Source: an uncultured Desulfatitalea sp. (GTDB lineage Bacteria; Desulfobacterota; Desulfobacteria; Desulfobacterales; Desulfosarcinaceae). From it: a stretch of DNA of 64,000 bases. Positions within the stretch are counted from its first letter, which is position 1, and the number at the start of each line of letters is the position of its first letter. The position numbers were made by a program, and so were the translations under genes. Shown here in pieces: positions 39,567 through 51,356 of this stretch. The notes under the pieces are model-generated. The model searched no databases. It saw nothing but the letters and a program-made list of their open reading frames with translations, and had not been told where the DNA came from. Where the stretch lies: assembly GCA_963668675.2 (NCBI GenBank), contig CAXXMB010000001.1, positions 1,504,001-1,568,000 on the forward strand, read 5' to 3'.

Positions 39567-39611
39567 AAAAAAAATGGGCTTTTCCCCGAAACGAACATGG
39601 AGAAAAGCCCA
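39567..39611 (-). terminator. Rho-independent terminator of the alpha operon
   Basis: On minus: TGGGCTTTTCTCC-loop-GGGGAAAAGCCCA followed by T8, just after the rplQ stop. Confidence 0.88.
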
Positions 39612-39631
39612 AAGAAGAGATGTGGCAGGAA

Positions 39632-40309
39632 CTATTCCTCTTGCTTTTTCGATGTTTCCTCTTCAGCCTGGTCTGGGGCATCTTGCTCTGCCGTGGGCTG
39701 ATCGGCCTCGGCACTCTCGGGGCTAGCTTCAACCTCCCCTGCAACCGCTTCCTTATCTTCCTGAGCCTTGACCTCTTCAGCCTCAGGCGCAGCTTCCACA
39801 GCTTCCGGTTCTGCTGACGTTTCCTCTTGCGGTGTCTCTTCTGATGGTTTGGACTCAACCTCATCCGCCGGGACACTCGCTTTGGGTGTTTGCGTTTCAA
39901 CCTTTGCCTTTGGTTTGGCCTTAGGCTTTTTCTTGTCTTTTTTGGCTATTTCTTCGTATGCGACGAGCTCTATCAACGAGACGGAAGCTGCGTCTCCAGG
40001 GCGCGTGCCTATTTTTATGATACGCGTATAACCGCCATTCATTTTACCGAAGCGCTCCTCTGCCTCTTCGAACAGTTTGTGCACCACGCTCTTTTCACGC
40101 ATGATGGAAAGCACCTGTCTCCTGGCATGCAGATCGCCCTTCTTGGCCAAAGTGATGACATGATCCGCCCATCGGCGCAACTCTTTGGCCTTGGTGTCAG
40201 TGGTTTGAATACGATCATATTTGAACAGGGAGGTCACCATGTTTCGAAACATGGCCTGCCTGTGGCTGGTGGTTCGGCCGATTTTTATACCAGATCTTCT
40301 ATGTCTCAT
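39632..40309 (-). CDS. rplQ: 50S ribosomal protein L17 with long C-terminal extension
   Basis: MRHR...SHRQAMFRN...GGYTRI core plus a ~105-aa tail that is Lys-rich then acidic. Confidence 0.97.
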   Translation of the reverse strand: MRHRRSGIKIGRTTSHRQAMFRNMVTSLFKYDRIQTTDTKAKELRRWADHVITLAKKGDLHARRQVLSIMREKSVVHKLFEEAEERFGKMNGGYTRIIKIGTRPGDAASVSLIELVAYEEIAKKDKKKPKAKPKAKVETQTPKASVPADEVESKPSEETPQEETSAEPEAVEAAPEAEEVKAQEDKEAVAGEVEASPESAEADQPTAEQDAPDQAEEETSKKQEE

Positions 40310-40317
40310 GGCAACTA

Positions 40318-41343
40318 TTACTCCCCTTCTTCTTCTTCTGCATCTTCAGGTGGTGGGACAAAGCCTTCTATTTTCATACCCAGGGAGAGCCCCATCTCCG
40401 TTAGAACTTCCTTGATTTCATTTAAGGATTTACGACCGAAATTTTTTGTTTTGAGCATTTCGTTTTCGGTTTTTTGAACAAGTTGATAGATCTTGTTGAT
40501 CTCTGCATTTTTGAGACAGTTGGCGCTTCTTACAGAGAGTTCCAGTTCATCTACGCTGCGGTAGAGGTTATCGTTAAATTCAACCTGTTCGTCCTCACTG
40601 GTTGTTTTGTTCGTATCGGGTTCGACTTCTTCGTCGAAATTGATAAAGATCGATAACTGATCTTTGAAAATCTTTGCAGCGTAAGCGACGGCATCCTCAG
40701 GGCTGATGCTTCCATCCGTCCATACTTCCAGTGTCAGCTTGTCGTAATCGGTTCGCTGTCCGACACGGGCGTTGCCAACGACATAGTTAACTCGCTTGAT
40801 CGGTGAAAATACGGCATCAATAGGAATCGTACCTATAGGTGCCTCCTCCTCCTTGTTGGCTTCCGACAGCGCATATCCCTTACCACCTTTAACCGTCATC
40901 TCCATTTCAAGCTTTCCCTCTGCAGAGAGACTGGCGATGGGCAGATCGGGATTGAGGACATCAATGGCACCATCCGGGCTGACGAGTTGACCGGCCGTTA
41001 CAACGCCTTCGCCACTGGCCTTGCAGGTCAGCTTGCGCGGCTGATAATCTTTGCTCCTCAGGCGGACCTGTTTAAGATTCAATATGATTTCAGAGACATC
41101 TTCTAACACGCCAGAGACAACACTGAACTCATGCTGGACGCCCTCGATTCTCACGGATGTAATCGCGGCACCGTATAAAGAAGAGAGGATAATGCGGCGC
41201 AGGGAGTTACCTAAAGTCGTACCGAATCCGCGTTCAAGCGGCTCGCATACGAACTTCCCGTATTCAGGCGTGCTGGATACTTGCACTTTTTCCGGCTTAA
41301 TCATTTCCCGCCAGTTCACGTACATAAGTTCATTTGATGGCAT
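40318..41343 (-). CDS. rpoA: RNA polymerase alpha subunit
   Basis: [17 protein letters not shown] and LSVRSANCL motifs. Confidence 0.98.
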   Translation of the reverse strand: MPSNELMYVNWREMIKPEKVQVSSTPEYGKFVCEPLERGFGTTLGNSLRRIILSSLYGAAITSVRIEGVQHEFSVVSGVLEDVSEIILNLKQVRLRSKDYQPRKLTCKASGEGVVTAGQLVSPDGAIDVLNPDLPIASLSAEGKLEMEMTVKGGKGYALSEANKEEEAPIGTIPIDAVFSPIKRVNYVVGNARVGQRTDYDKLTLEVWTDGSISPEDAVAYAAKIFKDQLSIFINFDEEVEPDTNKTTSEDEQVEFNDNLYRSVDELELSVRSANCLKNAEINKIYQLVQKTENEMLKTKNFGRKSLNEIKEVLTEMGLSLGMKIEGFVPPPEDAEEEEGE

Positions 41344-41417
41344 ACCCATTCTCCAGCCTTAGGAATTAATAATTTTTGATGCCGAGCTTTAAGCAAGAGG
41401 TCAATTGTTGTTAAGAC

Positions 41418-42047
41418 TTACTTGGAATAGAGCTCAACAATGAGCTGCTCCTGCATCGGCATGGTCAGATCGTCACGGACAGGCAGGCTCTTGACAACAC
41501 CTTTCATTTTATCCTTTTCAAGATCCAACCACTGGGGAACGCCTCTCCGGACAACCGCTTCTATAGAGTCCGCTATGGCTTGCACCTTCTGGCTTTTCTC
41601 CCTAATCGTGATCTCATCGCCGACCCGAATCAAGTAGGACGGAATATTCACGCTCGTTCCATTCACCAGAAAATGGTTGTGCCGTACGAAATGTCTGCCC
41701 TGGGTCCTCGAATTGGTAAATCCCAATCGATAGACCACATTATCCAGACGCCGCTCAAGGAGCACCAAAAGGTTACTGCCGGTAATCCCCTTCTGACGAT
41801 CGGCAGCGACGAAGCAGAGGTGAAATTGCTTCTCGGACAAGCCGTACATGCGTTTCACCTTCTGTTTTTCCCGCAACTGAATACCGTAATCAGATGTTTT
41901 GCCGCGTCTGCGTTGACCGTGTTCGCCCGGAGCGTAACCGCGCCGATCAAAAGCGCACTTATCGGAATAACAACGATCGCCTTTAAGGAACAGCTTAATG
42001 TTTTCCCTTCGGCATATTCTACATACCGAACCAGTATATCGTGCCAA
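41418..42047 (-). CDS. rpsD: 30S ribosomal protein S4
   Basis: ARYTG..CRICRRE, LREKQK and LERRLDN motifs. TTG start with AAGGAGG RBS. Confidence 0.98.
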   Translation of the reverse strand: MARYTGSVCRICRRENIKLFLKGDRCYSDKCAFDRRGYAPGEHGQRRRGKTSDYGIQLREKQKVKRMYGLSEKQFHLCFVAADRQKGITGSNLLVLLERRLDNVVYRLGFTNSRTQGRHFVRHNHFLVNGTSVNIPSYLIRVGDEITIREKSQKVQAIADSIEAVVRRGVPQWLDLEKDKMKGVVKSLPVRDDLTMPMQEQLIVELYSK

Positions 42048-42125
42048 TATTGCCTCCTTTAGCAATGGAGCGAATTTGGTTTACCATGTGATGGTTTAAA
42101 CCAATTCCATATCAAAATAGCGGTA

Positions 42126-42512
42126 TTACACCCTTCTACGTTTCGGGGGGCGACATCCATTATGAGGGATAGGTGTTACATCCTTTATCATGGTGACCGT
42201 AAATCCCGCAGCCTGCAATGCCCGCAGGGCTGACTCGCGACCCGACCCCGGTCCTTTTACATATACCTCGACACTTCGCATGCCATGTTCCATTGCTTTT
42301 TTGGCTGCATCTTCGGCGGTCAATTGGGCTGCAAAAGGGGTACTCTTGCGTGACCCTTTAAAGCCCATGACCCCTGAACTCGACCATGAGATGACATTGC
42401 CGGTCGTATCAGTAATCGTAATGATGGTGTTGTTAAATGTCGATTGGATATGAACAACACCACTGGCGATATTTTTTTTCTCTTTTTTCTTAGTACGGGT
42501 TTTTCTTGGCAT
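42126..42512 (-). CDS. rpsK: 30S ribosomal protein S11
   Basis: STFNNT and [18 protein letters not shown] motifs. Confidence 0.98.
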   Translation of the reverse strand: MPRKTRTKKKEKKNIASGVVHIQSTFNNTIITITDTTGNVISWSSSGVMGFKGSRKSTPFAAQLTAEDAAKKAMEHGMRSVEVYVKGPGSGRESALRALQAAGFTVTMIKDVTPIPHNGCRPPKRRRV

Positions 42513-42539
42513 CTCTTACATCCCTTAGCGGTTAGCTGG

Positions 42540-42923
42540 CTACTTCTTTTTTGCCGCACCTTTTTTCTTAACTGCAGAGCGTTTGGGGCCTTTTCTCGTC
42601 CTTGCATTGGTGCTGGTACGCTGCCCATTCACCGGCAACCCCCGCCGATGTCTCAATCCCCGATAACAACCAAGATCCATGAGTCGTTTGATGTTCATGG
42701 AGATCTCGGTACGCAACTCACCTTCAACCTTGAATTTGCTGTCGATCACCTTACGGATGTCATTGACCTCACTGTCCGTAAGATTGTCTGTCAGCGTATC
42801 GGGATCAATATTGAGCTGCGTTAAGATAACATTCGAACTCGAGCGACCAATACCATAGATGTAGGTCAGCGCGATTTCGACTCGTTTGCGTCTTGGTAAG
42901 TCTACACCCGCAATTCGTGCCAA
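42540..42923 (-). CDS. rpsM: 30S ribosomal protein S13
   Basis: ARIAGVDLP and [12 protein letters not shown] motifs. Confidence 0.98.
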   Translation of the reverse strand: MARIAGVDLPRRKRVEIALTYIYGIGRSSSNVILTQLNIDPDTLTDNLTDSEVNDIRKVIDSKFKVEGELRTEISMNIKRLMDLGCYRGLRHRRGLPVNGQRTSTNARTRKGPKRSAVKKKGAAKKK

Positions 42924-42948
42924 AGCGAATCCTCCTTAAATAAGGCTT

Positions 42949-43062
42949 TTAACCCTGTCTTTGCTTGTGTCGTTTGTTTGCACAAATGACCCTCACAACG
43001 CCTTTGCGGCGGACGATTTTACATTTGCTGCAAATTTTCTTAACTGATGCCCTGACCTTCAT
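42949..43062 (-). CDS. rpmJ: 50S ribosomal protein L36 (zinc-ribbon type)
   Basis: Manual translation [37 protein letters not shown] (37 aa, not in the ORF track). Confidence 0.97.
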   Translation of the reverse strand: MKVRASVKKICSKCKIVRRKGVVRVICANKRHKQRQG

Positions 43063-43142
43063 TTTCTTAGCTCCTATGTGGAATGCGCCGGTTTGACGAC
43101 GATATGCGATCTACTACCTACTAACCCTCTTTTCCACGAACG

Positions 43143-43361
43143 CTATTTCGACCTGTATGTGATGCGGCCTCGGGAAAGATCGTACGGAGAAAGCTCCACC
43201 GTAACCTTGTCTCCAGGGAGAATTTTAATAAAATGCATGCGCATTTTCCCGCTGATGTGGGCCAGAACCTGGTGTTTGTTCTCCAATTCCACTTTGAACA
43301 TTGCATTGGGCAGTGTCTCTAGCACAACACCCTCCACCCTAATCGGTTCTTCCTTGGCCAT
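43143..43361 (-). CDS. infA: Translation initiation factor IF-1
   Basis: [14 protein letters not shown] and SPYDL motifs. Confidence 0.98.
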   Translation of the reverse strand: MAKEEPIRVEGVVLETLPNAMFKVELENKHQVLAHISGKMRMHFIKILPGDKVTVELSPYDLSRGRITYRSK

Positions 43362-43427
43362 GTTTCCCCCTGTTTGCCGGTTTTACAAGAAAAAGACTTC
43401 GCTAAAATAAAACGCCGTCTCTCATTT

Positions 43428-44738
43428 TCACCTTCGTCCCCGCATGCTGCCTTTTTTGAGAAAACCCTCGTAGTGTCGCGTCAACATATGGGACTCCATT
43501 TGTGCAATGGTGTCGATTGCGACGCCGACAACAATGAGCAAGGCCGTGCCGCCAAAATAAAACGGTACATTAAACTGCCCGATCAAGATGGTCGGCAGGA
43601 CACATACGGCGGAAACATAGACGGCGCCACCAAGTGTAATGCGGGTCAAGACGCGATCGATATAATCGGCAGTGCGCTTCCCGGGTCGTATACCTGGTAT
43701 AAACCCACCATTCTTTTTCATATTATCGGCAACATCAACAGGGTTGAATGTCACGGCTGTATAAAAGTAGCAGAAAAATACGATAAACCCAACAAACACG
43801 ATGTTATAGTAGATCCCACCCGGTTGCACGGCATCCGAGATGCTTTTGAGCCATCCCACTTCCGCAAATTGGGCGATCGTTGCCGGAAACATCAATATCG
43901 ATGAGGCAAAAATCGGTGGAATGACGCCGGACGAATTGATCTTCAGCGGCAAATGGGTGCTCTGCCCACCATACATGCGCCGGCCTACGACGCGCTTCGC
44001 ATACTGAACCGGTATCCTTCTCTGCCCCTGCTCTACAAAAATAATAAATCCGATTACGCCAATCATCACCACGGTGAGAATGATCAATCCGAAAATATTG
44101 AACTCCTCCTGCTGTACAAGCCGGAAGGTGTTGCCGATGGCTGCCGGCATGCGGGCCACGATACCGGCAAAAATGATCAACGAGATCCCGTTACCGATTC
44201 CCCTTTCGGTAATCTGCTCGCCCAGCCACATGATGAATGCGGTCCCTGCGGTGAGCGTAATCACCGTCATCAACCGGAAATCCCAGCCCGGATCGAAGAC
44301 AACGCCAACCCCGGTTGGTGAGGTCTGCCCTTCGAGACCCACGGCGATGCCGAAGCCCTGGATCACACTCAGCAGGACGGTTCCGTAACGCGTGTATTGG
44401 GTTATCTTTTTTCTTCCCTGCTCCCCCTCCTTCTTGAGCTCTTCAAGATGCGGGATCACTACGGTAAGGAGCTGAAGGATAATGGATGCGCTGATGTAGG
44501 GCATGATACCAAGCGCAAATACCGAGAGCTGTTCCAGGGCACCGCCGGTAAACATGTTGAAGACCCCAAAGATGGTCCCCTGCATGGAGGCAAAGAGATC
44601 TCTCAACGCATTGGTATTGATTCCCGGCGTCGGTACATATACGCCAATACGATAAACGGACAGCAGTGCCGCAGTAAAGAAAATGCGCTGCCGCAACTCG
44701 GGAATTTTAAAAAGATTGCCGAAACCGCTGCCTACCAT
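43428..44738 (-). CDS. secY: Preprotein translocase SecY
   Basis: [20 protein letters not shown] and FIPGIRPG motifs. Confidence 0.98.
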   Translation of the reverse strand: MVGSGFGNLFKIPELRQRIFFTAALLSVYRIGVYVPTPGINTNALRDLFASMQGTIFGVFNMFTGGALEQLSVFALGIMPYISASIILQLLTVVIPHLEELKKEGEQGRKKITQYTRYGTVLLSVIQGFGIAVGLEGQTSPTGVGVVFDPGWDFRLMTVITLTAGTAFIMWLGEQITERGIGNGISLIIFAGIVARMPAAIGNTFRLVQQEEFNIFGLIILTVVMIGVIGFIIFVEQGQRRIPVQYAKRVVGRRMYGGQSTHLPLKINSSGVIPPIFASSILMFPATIAQFAEVGWLKSISDAVQPGGIYYNIVFVGFIVFFCYFYTAVTFNPVDVADNMKKNGGFIPGIRPGKRTADYIDRVLTRITLGGAVYVSAVCVLPTILIGQFNVPFYFGGTALLIVVGVAIDTIAQMESHMLTRHYEGFLKKGSMRGRR

Positions 44739-45179
44739 TTAGATAACCTCTACAGTACCACCGGCCGCTTCGATCTTCTCTTTTGCGCTACGGCTGACAG
44801 CGTCCAATTTAACGGTTAGCGGAACAGTGATGTCTCCTTGCCCCAAAAGCTTGATGCCGTCCCATCGTCCCTTGACCAGCCCACTGCGCACCAGTTCTGT
44901 CTGATCGACGACCGAGCCCGATTCGAAGCCTTCCAAATCCTTCAGGTTGATCACCGCAACGTCTTTCTTGAAGATGTTGGTGAAGCCCCTTTTGGGAAGA
45001 CGCCGGTGGATGGGCATCTGGCCACCCTCATAACCGGGCCTTGCACCTCCGCCAGAACGGGAATTCAGGCCCTTGGTACCGCGACCAGCGGTTTTACCCT
45101 GGCCGGATGCCACGCCTCTTCCTTTGCGCTTACGATTCTTGGTCGCGTTTTTGGCAGGTTTTAATTCATGCAACTTCAT
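44739..45179 (-). CDS. rplO: 50S ribosomal protein L15
   Basis: GKTAGRG and [14 protein letters not shown] motifs. Confidence 0.98.
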   Translation of the reverse strand: MKLHELKPAKNATKNRKRKGRGVASGQGKTAGRGTKGLNSRSGGGARPGYEGGQMPIHRRLPKRGFTNIFKKDVAVINLKDLEGFESGSVVDQTELVRSGLVKGRWDGIKLLGQGDITVPLTVKLDAVSRSAKEKIEAAGGTVEVI

Positions 45180-45364
45180 TATTTTATCTCCTCAGCCGAT
45201 ACCAGATGCGACACCTTTTGAATCATACCCCGGATGGCCGGCGTATCTTCTAATTGAACTGTCTTGTTGATCTTGGTCAGGCCCATTCCGCGCAACACCT
45301 TACGATGCTTTTCGGGTCTGCCGATCATACTCTTCGTGAGGGTAATGTTAAGTTTGCCTGACAT
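45179..45364 (-). CDS. rpmD: 50S ribosomal protein L30
   Basis: KSMIGR and DTPAIRGMI motifs; expected operon position. Confidence 0.97.
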   Translation of the reverse strand: MSGKLNITLTKSMIGRPEKHRKVLRGMGLTKINKTVQLEDTPAIRGMIQKVSHLVSAEEIK

Positions 45365-45376
45365 GTGCTTTGTCCC

Positions 45377-45874
45377 TTAATTAAGATCCTGTGCCTGCAA
45401 CCCGCGACGTGCAGCCACCTGTTCTGCACTTTGCAGTTGCTGCAGCCCCTCAATTGTTGCCTTGACGACGTTGTGCGGGTTATTCGTCCCCATGCATTTG
45501 GTCAGAATGTTTTGAATGCCGACAGCTTCCAGCACGGCCCGAACCGCTCCACCGGCAATCACGCCGGTACCCTCCGATGCCGGCTTCAACATCACGCGCC
45601 CGGCGCCAAATCTACCGATCACCTTGTAAGGGATGGTCCCTTCCTTCAGCGGAACCGCAGCCATATTCCTTTTGGCTTTTTCAACACCCTTGCGAATAGC
45701 TTCAGGCACCTCGCCAGCTTTTCCGAGACCGCATCCAACACTGCCCTGACCGTCTCCGACAACAACAATCGCGCTGAAGCTGAACCGACGACCACCCTTA
45801 ACGACCTTGGCGACACGGCTGATATGCACAACCTTGTCAATTAATTCGTTTTCATCGACTTCTTTTTTATACAA
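45377..45874 (-). CDS. rpsE: 30S ribosomal protein S5
   Basis: [11 protein letters not shown] and GTGVIAGG motifs. Confidence 0.98.
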   Translation of the reverse strand: MYKKEVDENELIDKVVHISRVAKVVKGGRRFSFSAIVVVGDGQGSVGCGLGKAGEVPEAIRKGVEKAKRNMAAVPLKEGTIPYKVIGRFGAGRVMLKPASEGTGVIAGGAVRAVLEAVGIQNILTKCMGTNNPHNVVKATIEGLQQLQSAEQVAARRGLQAQDLN

Positions 45875-45908
45875 GGGTTTTCCTCCTTATATTCGTTATA
45901 TCTACCGG

Positions 45909-46277
45909 CTAAAAACTGAGTCCAGCTTCGCGCGCACCTTCTGAGACCGCTTTAATCCTGCCATGGTACAAAAACCCATTACGGTCGAAAACGACCTGTT
46001 TGATTCCTTTATCCAGGGCACGCTGGGCTACAAGTTTGCCGATAAATCCGGCTGCGGCTTTCTTGTTTTCAAATTTTGGCTGCTCTTTGAAGGTGTTCTC
46101 CACGCTCGATGCCGCAACAAGGGTAACTCCAGAGGCATCGTCGATCACCTGCGCGTAGATGTGCTTTGCGCTTCTAAAGACGGATAGTCTTGGGCGATCC
46201 GATGTTCCCGTCAGCTTTTTACGAATTCGCGCCTTACGCTTGTTTCGGGCGACTTCTCTTGTATTTGTCGAACTCAT
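45909..46277 (-). CDS. rplR: 50S ribosomal protein L18
   Basis: RPRLSVFRS and VVFDRNG.YHGR motifs. Confidence 0.98.
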   Translation of the reverse strand: MSSTNTREVARNKRKARIRKKLTGTSDRPRLSVFRSAKHIYAQVIDDASGVTLVAASSVENTFKEQPKFENKKAAAGFIGKLVAQRALDKGIKQVVFDRNGFLYHGRIKAVSEGAREAGLSF

Positions 46278-46351
46278 GGCGATCCCCGCTAAATTCTTCA
46301 ACCAGATGAACCAATGGTTGCCATTATGGTTTCATTGTATCGGTGTGTTAT

Positions 46352-46891
46352 CTATTTGGTGCCTGTTTTGCCTGCCTTGCGTTGAATATACTCCTCGGCA
46401 TACTTGATGCCTTTTCCCTTATAGGGCTCAGGTGGACGCAGTTGTCGAATCCTTGCAGCCGTCTGCCCAAGAAGATGCTTGTCGATACCAGCAAGTTTGA
46501 CAACGTTATTCTTCTCTACGGTCGCCGTAATACCGTCAGGTAGAGGAAAATCAATGGGATGGGAGTATCCGAGATTGAAAAGAATGCTTTTACCTTTGGC
46601 CTCTGCGCGATAACCGATGCCATTGATCTCAAGTACACGCTCATAGCCTTCGCTCACGCCGGTCACCATGTTGCTGACCAAGCTTCGCGTCATACCCTGC
46701 AAGGCACGTGTTTTGCGGTCTTCCGTTTTCATGACCACTTCGATAACGTCTTTCTCAATCTTAAGATCGACATCCGGGTGAACCGTATGGGTCAGTTTGC
46801 CATTCTTCCCCTGTACCGTGATCGTGCCATCTTTGTAGTTGATGGTCGTTTTTTCGGGTACAGAAATGGGCTTCTTTCCTACTCGCGACAT
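46352..46891 (-). CDS. rplF: 50S ribosomal protein L6
   Basis: MSRVGK and PPEPYKGKGIKY motifs. Confidence 0.98.
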   Translation of the reverse strand: MSRVGKKPISVPEKTTINYKDGTITVQGKNGKLTHTVHPDVDLKIEKDVIEVVMKTEDRKTRALQGMTRSLVSNMVTGVSEGYERVLEINGIGYRAEAKGKSILFNLGYSHPIDFPLPDGITATVEKNNVVKLAGIDKHLLGQTAARIRQLRPPEPYKGKGIKYAEEYIQRKAGKTGTK

Positions 46892-47008
46892 CTTTCCACC
46901 TCTATGTTCCAGCTATATGCGCCGGAGATATAACTCCGTTGCTCTCTGTTAGGGGAGGTGACTCCCCATGTTGACCCCATCCGGACGCGCCAGGCAATGC
47001 ACCACGTT

Positions 47009-47407
47009 TTAAAATATGGTACAGAGAACCTCGCCACCGATGTTGTCTTTCCTTGCTTGCCTGTCAGACACGATTCCCTTGGACGTTGATAGTATCGCCA
47101 CACCCAAACCGTTGTAAAACGGCTTGATGTCTCTGGCACCGACGTAGATGCGGCGGGAGGGTTTGCTGACACGCTTCATCTCAAGAATGACATGGGACTG
47201 GTTATCCCCATACTTCAAGTAGATCCGCAGTATGCCCTGCTTGCCGTCTTTTATGAATTTATAATTGCGAATATACCCTTCACTCTTCATCACCTTGGCG
47301 AGCTCGGTCTTCATCTTGGAGCCCGGGATATCCACACTGTTTAACTTCGCTTTCCCGGCATTACGTATCCGGGTCAGCATGTCGGCAATTGGATCAGTGA
47401 TCGCCAT
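47009..47407 (-). CDS. rpsH: 30S ribosomal protein S8
   Basis: DPIADMLTRIRN and STSKG motifs. Confidence 0.98.
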   Translation of the reverse strand: MAITDPIADMLTRIRNAGKAKLNSVDIPGSKMKTELAKVMKSEGYIRNYKFIKDGKQGILRIYLKYGDNQSHVILEMKRVSKPSRRIYVGARDIKPFYNGLGVAILSTSKGIVSDRQARKDNIGGEVLCTIF

Positions 47408-47482
47408 CTTATTCTCCGTTTAACTCAAGTTCGTTGCCTGTTTTTTTTGCTAATAAGGAGGTAGTCGCCCACGCGGGGATTA

Positions 47483-47668
47483 CTACCAGCTTGATTTCAC
47501 CACACCCGGCAGCTTACCCAAAGATGCCATCTTGCGAAAACAGATGCGGCATATGCCGAATTTGCGGATGAACGCGCGCGGCCGCCCGCAAAGGGGGCAG
47601 CGGTTATAAGCTCTTACATTGAATTTGGGCTTACGCTGCGCTTTCATACGTAATGATGTCTTGGCCAA
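47483..47668 (-). CDS. rpsN: 30S ribosomal protein S14, short zinc-binding type
   Basis: 61 aa, RCPLCGRP...CRICFR...KSSW. Confidence 0.97.
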   Translation of the reverse strand: MAKTSLRMKAQRKPKFNVRAYNRCPLCGRPRAFIRKFGICRICFRKMASLGKLPGVVKSSW

Positions 47669-47689
47669 AACTCCCTCCTTAAAACCTCT

Positions 47690-48229
47690 TTATTTGCGAA
47701 AAGGCATGCCCATAAGGGTCAGCAACTCACGACCCTCTTCGTCGTTGTTGGCGGTGGTTACAATACTGATATTCATACCCTTGATCTTATCGATTTTGTC
47801 ATAATCGATCTCGGGAAAAATAATGTGCTCCTTGATTCCTAAGGAATAATTGCCGGCACCGTCAAAGGCCTTTGCTGAAATCCCCCGGAAGTCCCTGACG
47901 CGTGGCAGGGCAACGTTGATCAATTTTTCAAGGAAATCATACATTCGCTTGCGACGCAGTGTCACCATGCATCCGATGGGCATACCGGCACGAAGCTTAA
48001 AAGCAGCTATGGACTTTTTGGCCCGTGTGATGACCGGATGCTGACCGGCAATGGCTGTGAGCTCTTCTACGGCGGTATCCAAAATTTTGATATTTTGAAT
48101 GGCCTCCCCCAGCCCCATGTTCAGGACAACCTTGTTAATCTTCGGTATCTGATTAACGTTGCTGTACTGAAACTTCTCTTTGAGCTGGGGGGCTATCTCT
48201 TCTTCATATTTCGTTTGAAGCTGTGACAT
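47690..48229 (-). CDS. rplE: 50S ribosomal protein L5
   Basis: LPRVRDFRG and IIFPEI motifs. Confidence 0.98.
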   Translation of the reverse strand: MSQLQTKYEEEIAPQLKEKFQYSNVNQIPKINKVVLNMGLGEAIQNIKILDTAVEELTAIAGQHPVITRAKKSIAAFKLRAGMPIGCMVTLRRKRMYDFLEKLINVALPRVRDFRGISAKAFDGAGNYSLGIKEHIIFPEIDYDKIDKIKGMNISIVTTANNDEEGRELLTLMGMPFRK

Positions 48230-48267
48230 TCCAATCCTCCGCGAGATTGTGCCTGAATCAATTGCCT

Positions 48268-48597
48268 TTAGGCGTCAATCTGCTCATTGCACTTACGGCA
48301 AATGCGCACTTTTTTGCCGTCATCGAGCCGTTGCATTTTGACACGAACCGGTTTAACGCACTTGTTACATACCAGCATAACGTTTGACCAATGCAGCGGT
48401 GCTTCACTTTCCACTATCCCGCCTTGCCGGTTTTGGGCTGTCGGCCTCTGATGGCGCTTGGCAATGTTGACATGCTCGACCAGTATGCGCTCTTTTTTGC
48501 GATCAACTTTGATCACCTTGCCGATCTTTCCCTTATCCTTACCGGCGATGACCTTAACCTTGTCATTTTTTTTCAAATTGCATTTATATCGCTGCAT
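48268..48597 (-). CDS. rplX: 50S ribosomal protein L24
   Basis: KOW motif [10 protein letters not shown] and EAPLHWSNV. Start approximate. Confidence 0.97.
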   Translation of the reverse strand: MQRYKCNLKKNDKVKVIAGKDKGKIGKVIKVDRKKERILVEHVNIAKRHQRPTAQNRQGGIVESEAPLHWSNVMLVCNKCVKPVRVKMQRLDDGKKVRICRKCNEQIDA

Positions 48598-48614
48598 TTG
48601 GCTGTACTCCATCG

Positions 48615-48983
48615 CTATAAGACCTCGGGGGCCAGCGAAACGATCTTCATGAAGCGTTTGGCACGCAGTTCCCTGGCGACAGGGCCAAAAATACGCGTTC
48701 CCAAAGGCTCGCGCTGGTTGTTAATAAGGACCGCGGAATTGTCATCAAAACGAATGTAGGAACCGTCGGGACGCCGTATCTCCTTGGAGGTACGCACTAC
48801 AACGGCTTTATGTACATCGCCTTTTTTGACTTTTGCATTGGGGATGGCGTCCTTCACAGAAACAACGATCACATCTCCGATACTTGCATACCGGCGGCGC
48901 GACCCCCCCAGAACTTTGATGCAGTACAATACGCGTGCCCCGGAGTTATCTGCCACGGTAAGTCTGGTTTCGCTCTGAATCAT
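48615..48983 (-). CDS. rplN: 50S ribosomal protein L14
   Basis: VADNSGA and [12 protein letters not shown] motifs. Confidence 0.98.
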   Translation of the reverse strand: MIQSETRLTVADNSGARVLYCIKVLGGSRRRYASIGDVIVVSVKDAIPNAKVKKGDVHKAVVVRTSKEIRRPDGSYIRFDDNSAVLINNQREPLGTRIFGPVARELRAKRFMKIVSLAPEVL

Positions 48984-49001
48984 GTTTTTATCCCTCTACT
49001 A

Positions 49002-49259
49002 TTAGACCGCTTTCTCAATGATCCGGCTGACGCGCCAACGCTTTGTTTTGCTCAATGGGCGTGATTGGGTAATGAGCACCCGATCGCCGATACTGCATTC
49101 GTTGTCTTTGTCGTGGGCCATGTATTTATGCTGCCTGCGAATATATTTCTTGTACAATGGGTGCTTGACCAATCGCTCAACCACCACCACCACCGTTTTA
49201 TCCATTTTGTTGCTGACGATGGTCCCCGTGACTTCTCTCTTCGTTCCACGTGTATTCAT
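49002..49259 (-). CDS. rpsQ: 30S ribosomal protein S17
   Basis: KMDKTVVV and RPLSKTKRW motifs. Confidence 0.98.
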   Translation of the reverse strand: MNTRGTKREVTGTIVSNKMDKTVVVVVERLVKHPLYKKYIRRQHKYMAHDKDNECSIGDRVLITQSRPLSKTKRWRVSRIIEKAV

Positions 49260-49270
49260 TATATTCGCCC

Positions 49271-49480
49271 CTAATTATCCATCTGCTTGGGGTTACGCGC
49301 CATCTCGCCAAGTATCGTGTAAATGCGCGCGATATCCTTCTGGACAAGCTTGATCTTACGCGGATTCTCAAGCTGACCGATGCCATGCTGAAAACGCAGA
49401 TTGAACAGTTCCTTTTGCAATTCAGTCAGCTTTTGCCGCATTTCATCCTGGCTGAGCGCTTTGATATCGTCGACTTTCAT
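49271..49480 (-). CDS. rpmC: 50S ribosomal protein L29
   Basis: ELFNLRFQ...KDIARI motif. Confidence 0.97.
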   Translation of the reverse strand: MKVDDIKALSQDEMRQKLTELQKELFNLRFQHGIGQLENPRKIKLVQKDIARIYTILGEMARNPKQMDN

Positions 49481-49893
49481 ATCAGTTCGCTCCTCTCCAC
49501 GAAACGGGTTTTAACAGAAAGCTTATGTGCGGCAAGCCGCAGCGCTTCATGAGCCATCTCCCGGGAAACCCCTGACATTTCGTAAAGCATCAAGCCGGGG
49601 CGAATGACGGCCACCCATCCCTCGGGTGCACCCTTCCCTTTACCCATTCGGACTTCGGCCGGCTTCTTAGTTAAAGGCTTGTCCGGAAACACTCGAATCC
49701 ATATCTTGCCACCCCTCTTTACATGGCGGGTCATGGCGATACGAGCGGCTTCTATCTGCTTCGAACTGATGTAGCCGCAATCGATGGCCTGCAATCCGTA
49801 TTCACCAAAGTTGAGAGTCGCTCCGCGTCGGGCCGTTCCTCTCATTTTGCCTTTTTGCTGTTTACGAAATTTTACTTTCTTTGGGCTTAGCAT
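49477..49893 (-). CDS. rplP: 50S ribosomal protein L16
   Basis: QIEAAR and RMGKGKG motifs. Confidence 0.98.
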   Translation of the reverse strand: MLSPKKVKFRKQQKGKMRGTARRGATLNFGEYGLQAIDCGYISSKQIEAARIAMTRHVKRGGKIWIRVFPDKPLTKKPAEVRMGKGKGAPEGWVAVIRPGLMLYEMSGVSREMAHEALRLAAHKLSVKTRFVERSELI

Positions 49894-49969
49894 AACTACC
49901 ACTCTCCTGGTTCAGGGTATCCGGCGTAGGCCTGTTGTCAGTGAGCGCCTGAACCTCAGTTTAAAGCTG

Positions 49970-50620
49970 TTAGCTCTCGATCTGCGAATCGTCCTTTTTA
50001 AGAATTTCTCCCTTGAAGATAAAAACCTTAACGCCAATGGCCCCATAGGTCGTACGCGCCTCTGTAAAACCGTAATCGATATCGGCTCTCAGTGTATGCA
50101 GCGGAACACGCCCTTCTCGGTACCACTCTGTGCGCGCCATCTCCGCGCCCCCCAGACGTCCTGCACAGATGATCTTGATGCCCTGGGCGCCAAATCGGAT
50201 GGCTGAGGTCACGCCACGCTTCATGGCACGGCGAAAAGCGACGCGTCTTTCTATCTGCATGGCCACATTCTCAGCGACAAGCTGGGCATCGATTTCAGGT
50301 TTACGAACTTCCTGTATGTCAATCAACACCTCTTGGGAGACTTTGCTTTCGAGCTCCTGCTTGAGCCTTTCAATTTCAGAGCCTTTTTTGCCGATAACGA
50401 TGCCTGGCCTGGCCGTATAGATACGCAGCCTGATGCGCTTGGCTGAGCGTTCGATTTCGACACGCGATATACCTGCGTGATACAACTTTTTCTTTACATA
50501 GTTGCGAAGTTCAAAATCCTGCTGAATATAATCGGCGTATTTCTTGTCTGAGTACCACTTGGATTCCCAGGTTTTGACAATACCCAGCCTTAATCCTATG
50601 GGGTTTACTTTTTGGCCCAA
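49970..50620 (-). CDS. rpsC: 30S ribosomal protein S3
   Basis: [10 protein letters not shown] and [14 protein letters not shown] motifs. Confidence 0.98.
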   Translation of the reverse strand: MGQKVNPIGLRLGIVKTWESKWYSDKKYADYIQQDFELRNYVKKKLYHAGISRVEIERSAKRIRLRIYTARPGIVIGKKGSEIERLKQELESKVSQEVLIDIQEVRKPEIDAQLVAENVAMQIERRVAFRRAMKRGVTSAIRFGAQGIKIICAGRLGGAEMARTEWYREGRVPLHTLRADIDYGFTEARTTYGAIGVKVFIFKGEILKKDDSQIES

Positions 50621-50644
50621 GCTGTTTCCTCCTCTAAATTACGA

Positions 50645-50977
50645 CTACGCTTCGGTCAGAATGACCGTCACATGACTGGTTCGCTTAATGATGCGAGTAC
50701 CACGTCCTCGTGCTCTGGCCCGAAATCTCTTCAAGCTCGGACCGCAATCGGCGATGAGGTTCCCCACAATCAGATCGTCAATATCGATGTCAGCGATCTG
50801 ATCCGCATTGGCAACCGCTGATTGCAACACTTTTTCTACGATGCCAGCTGCTTTCTGAGGCATAAACTTTATCGTAGCGAGTGCCCTCTCGACCGGTTTT
50901 CCTTTTATGGCATCACTAATGAGCCTGACCTTCTGCGGTGAGATGCGCACATATTTGGCGACTGCTCTGACCTCCAT
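50645..50977 (-). CDS. rplV: 50S ribosomal protein L22
   Basis: RISPQKVR and RARGR...KRTSHV motifs. Confidence 0.98.
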   Translation of the reverse strand: MEVRAVAKYVRISPQKVRLISDAIKGKPVERALATIKFMPQKAAGIVEKVLQSAVANADQIADIDIDDLIVGNLIADCGPSLKRFRARARGRGTRIIKRTSHVTVILTEA

Positions 50978-51000
50978 TTTGCTGCTCCTTAAATCCTGGC

Positions 51001-51279
51001 CTATTTCTTTTTGGATTTTCTATCTGCGGCATGTCCGTAATAGGTCCGGGTAGGTGAAAACTCACCTAGCTTATGCCCCACCATATTTTCGGTCACAAAC
51101 ACAGGAATAAATTTGCGCCCGTTATGAACTGCCAGGGTTAGCCCCACCATTTCAGGAATGATCGTAGACCGGCGTGACCAGGTTTTGATAACGCGGTTGC
51201 TGCGACTCTCCTGTGAAACCAGGACTTTCCTCATCAGCTTGTCTTCTATGAACGGACCTTTTTTTAATGACCGTGGCAT
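51001..51279 (-). CDS. rpsS: 30S ribosomal protein S19
   Basis: RSLKKGPF and MVGHKLGEF motifs. Confidence 0.98.
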   Translation of the reverse strand: MPRSLKKGPFIEDKLMRKVLVSQESRSNRVIKTWSRRSTIIPEMVGLTLAVHNGRKFIPVFVTENMVGHKLGEFSPTRTYYGHAADRKSKKK

Positions 51280-51356
51280 ATCTTCTCCTGTACATCCCGC
51301 AATTGATCTAAGCTATTCAGGTCTATCGCTTTTACACTTAACATAACAGTTTTATA

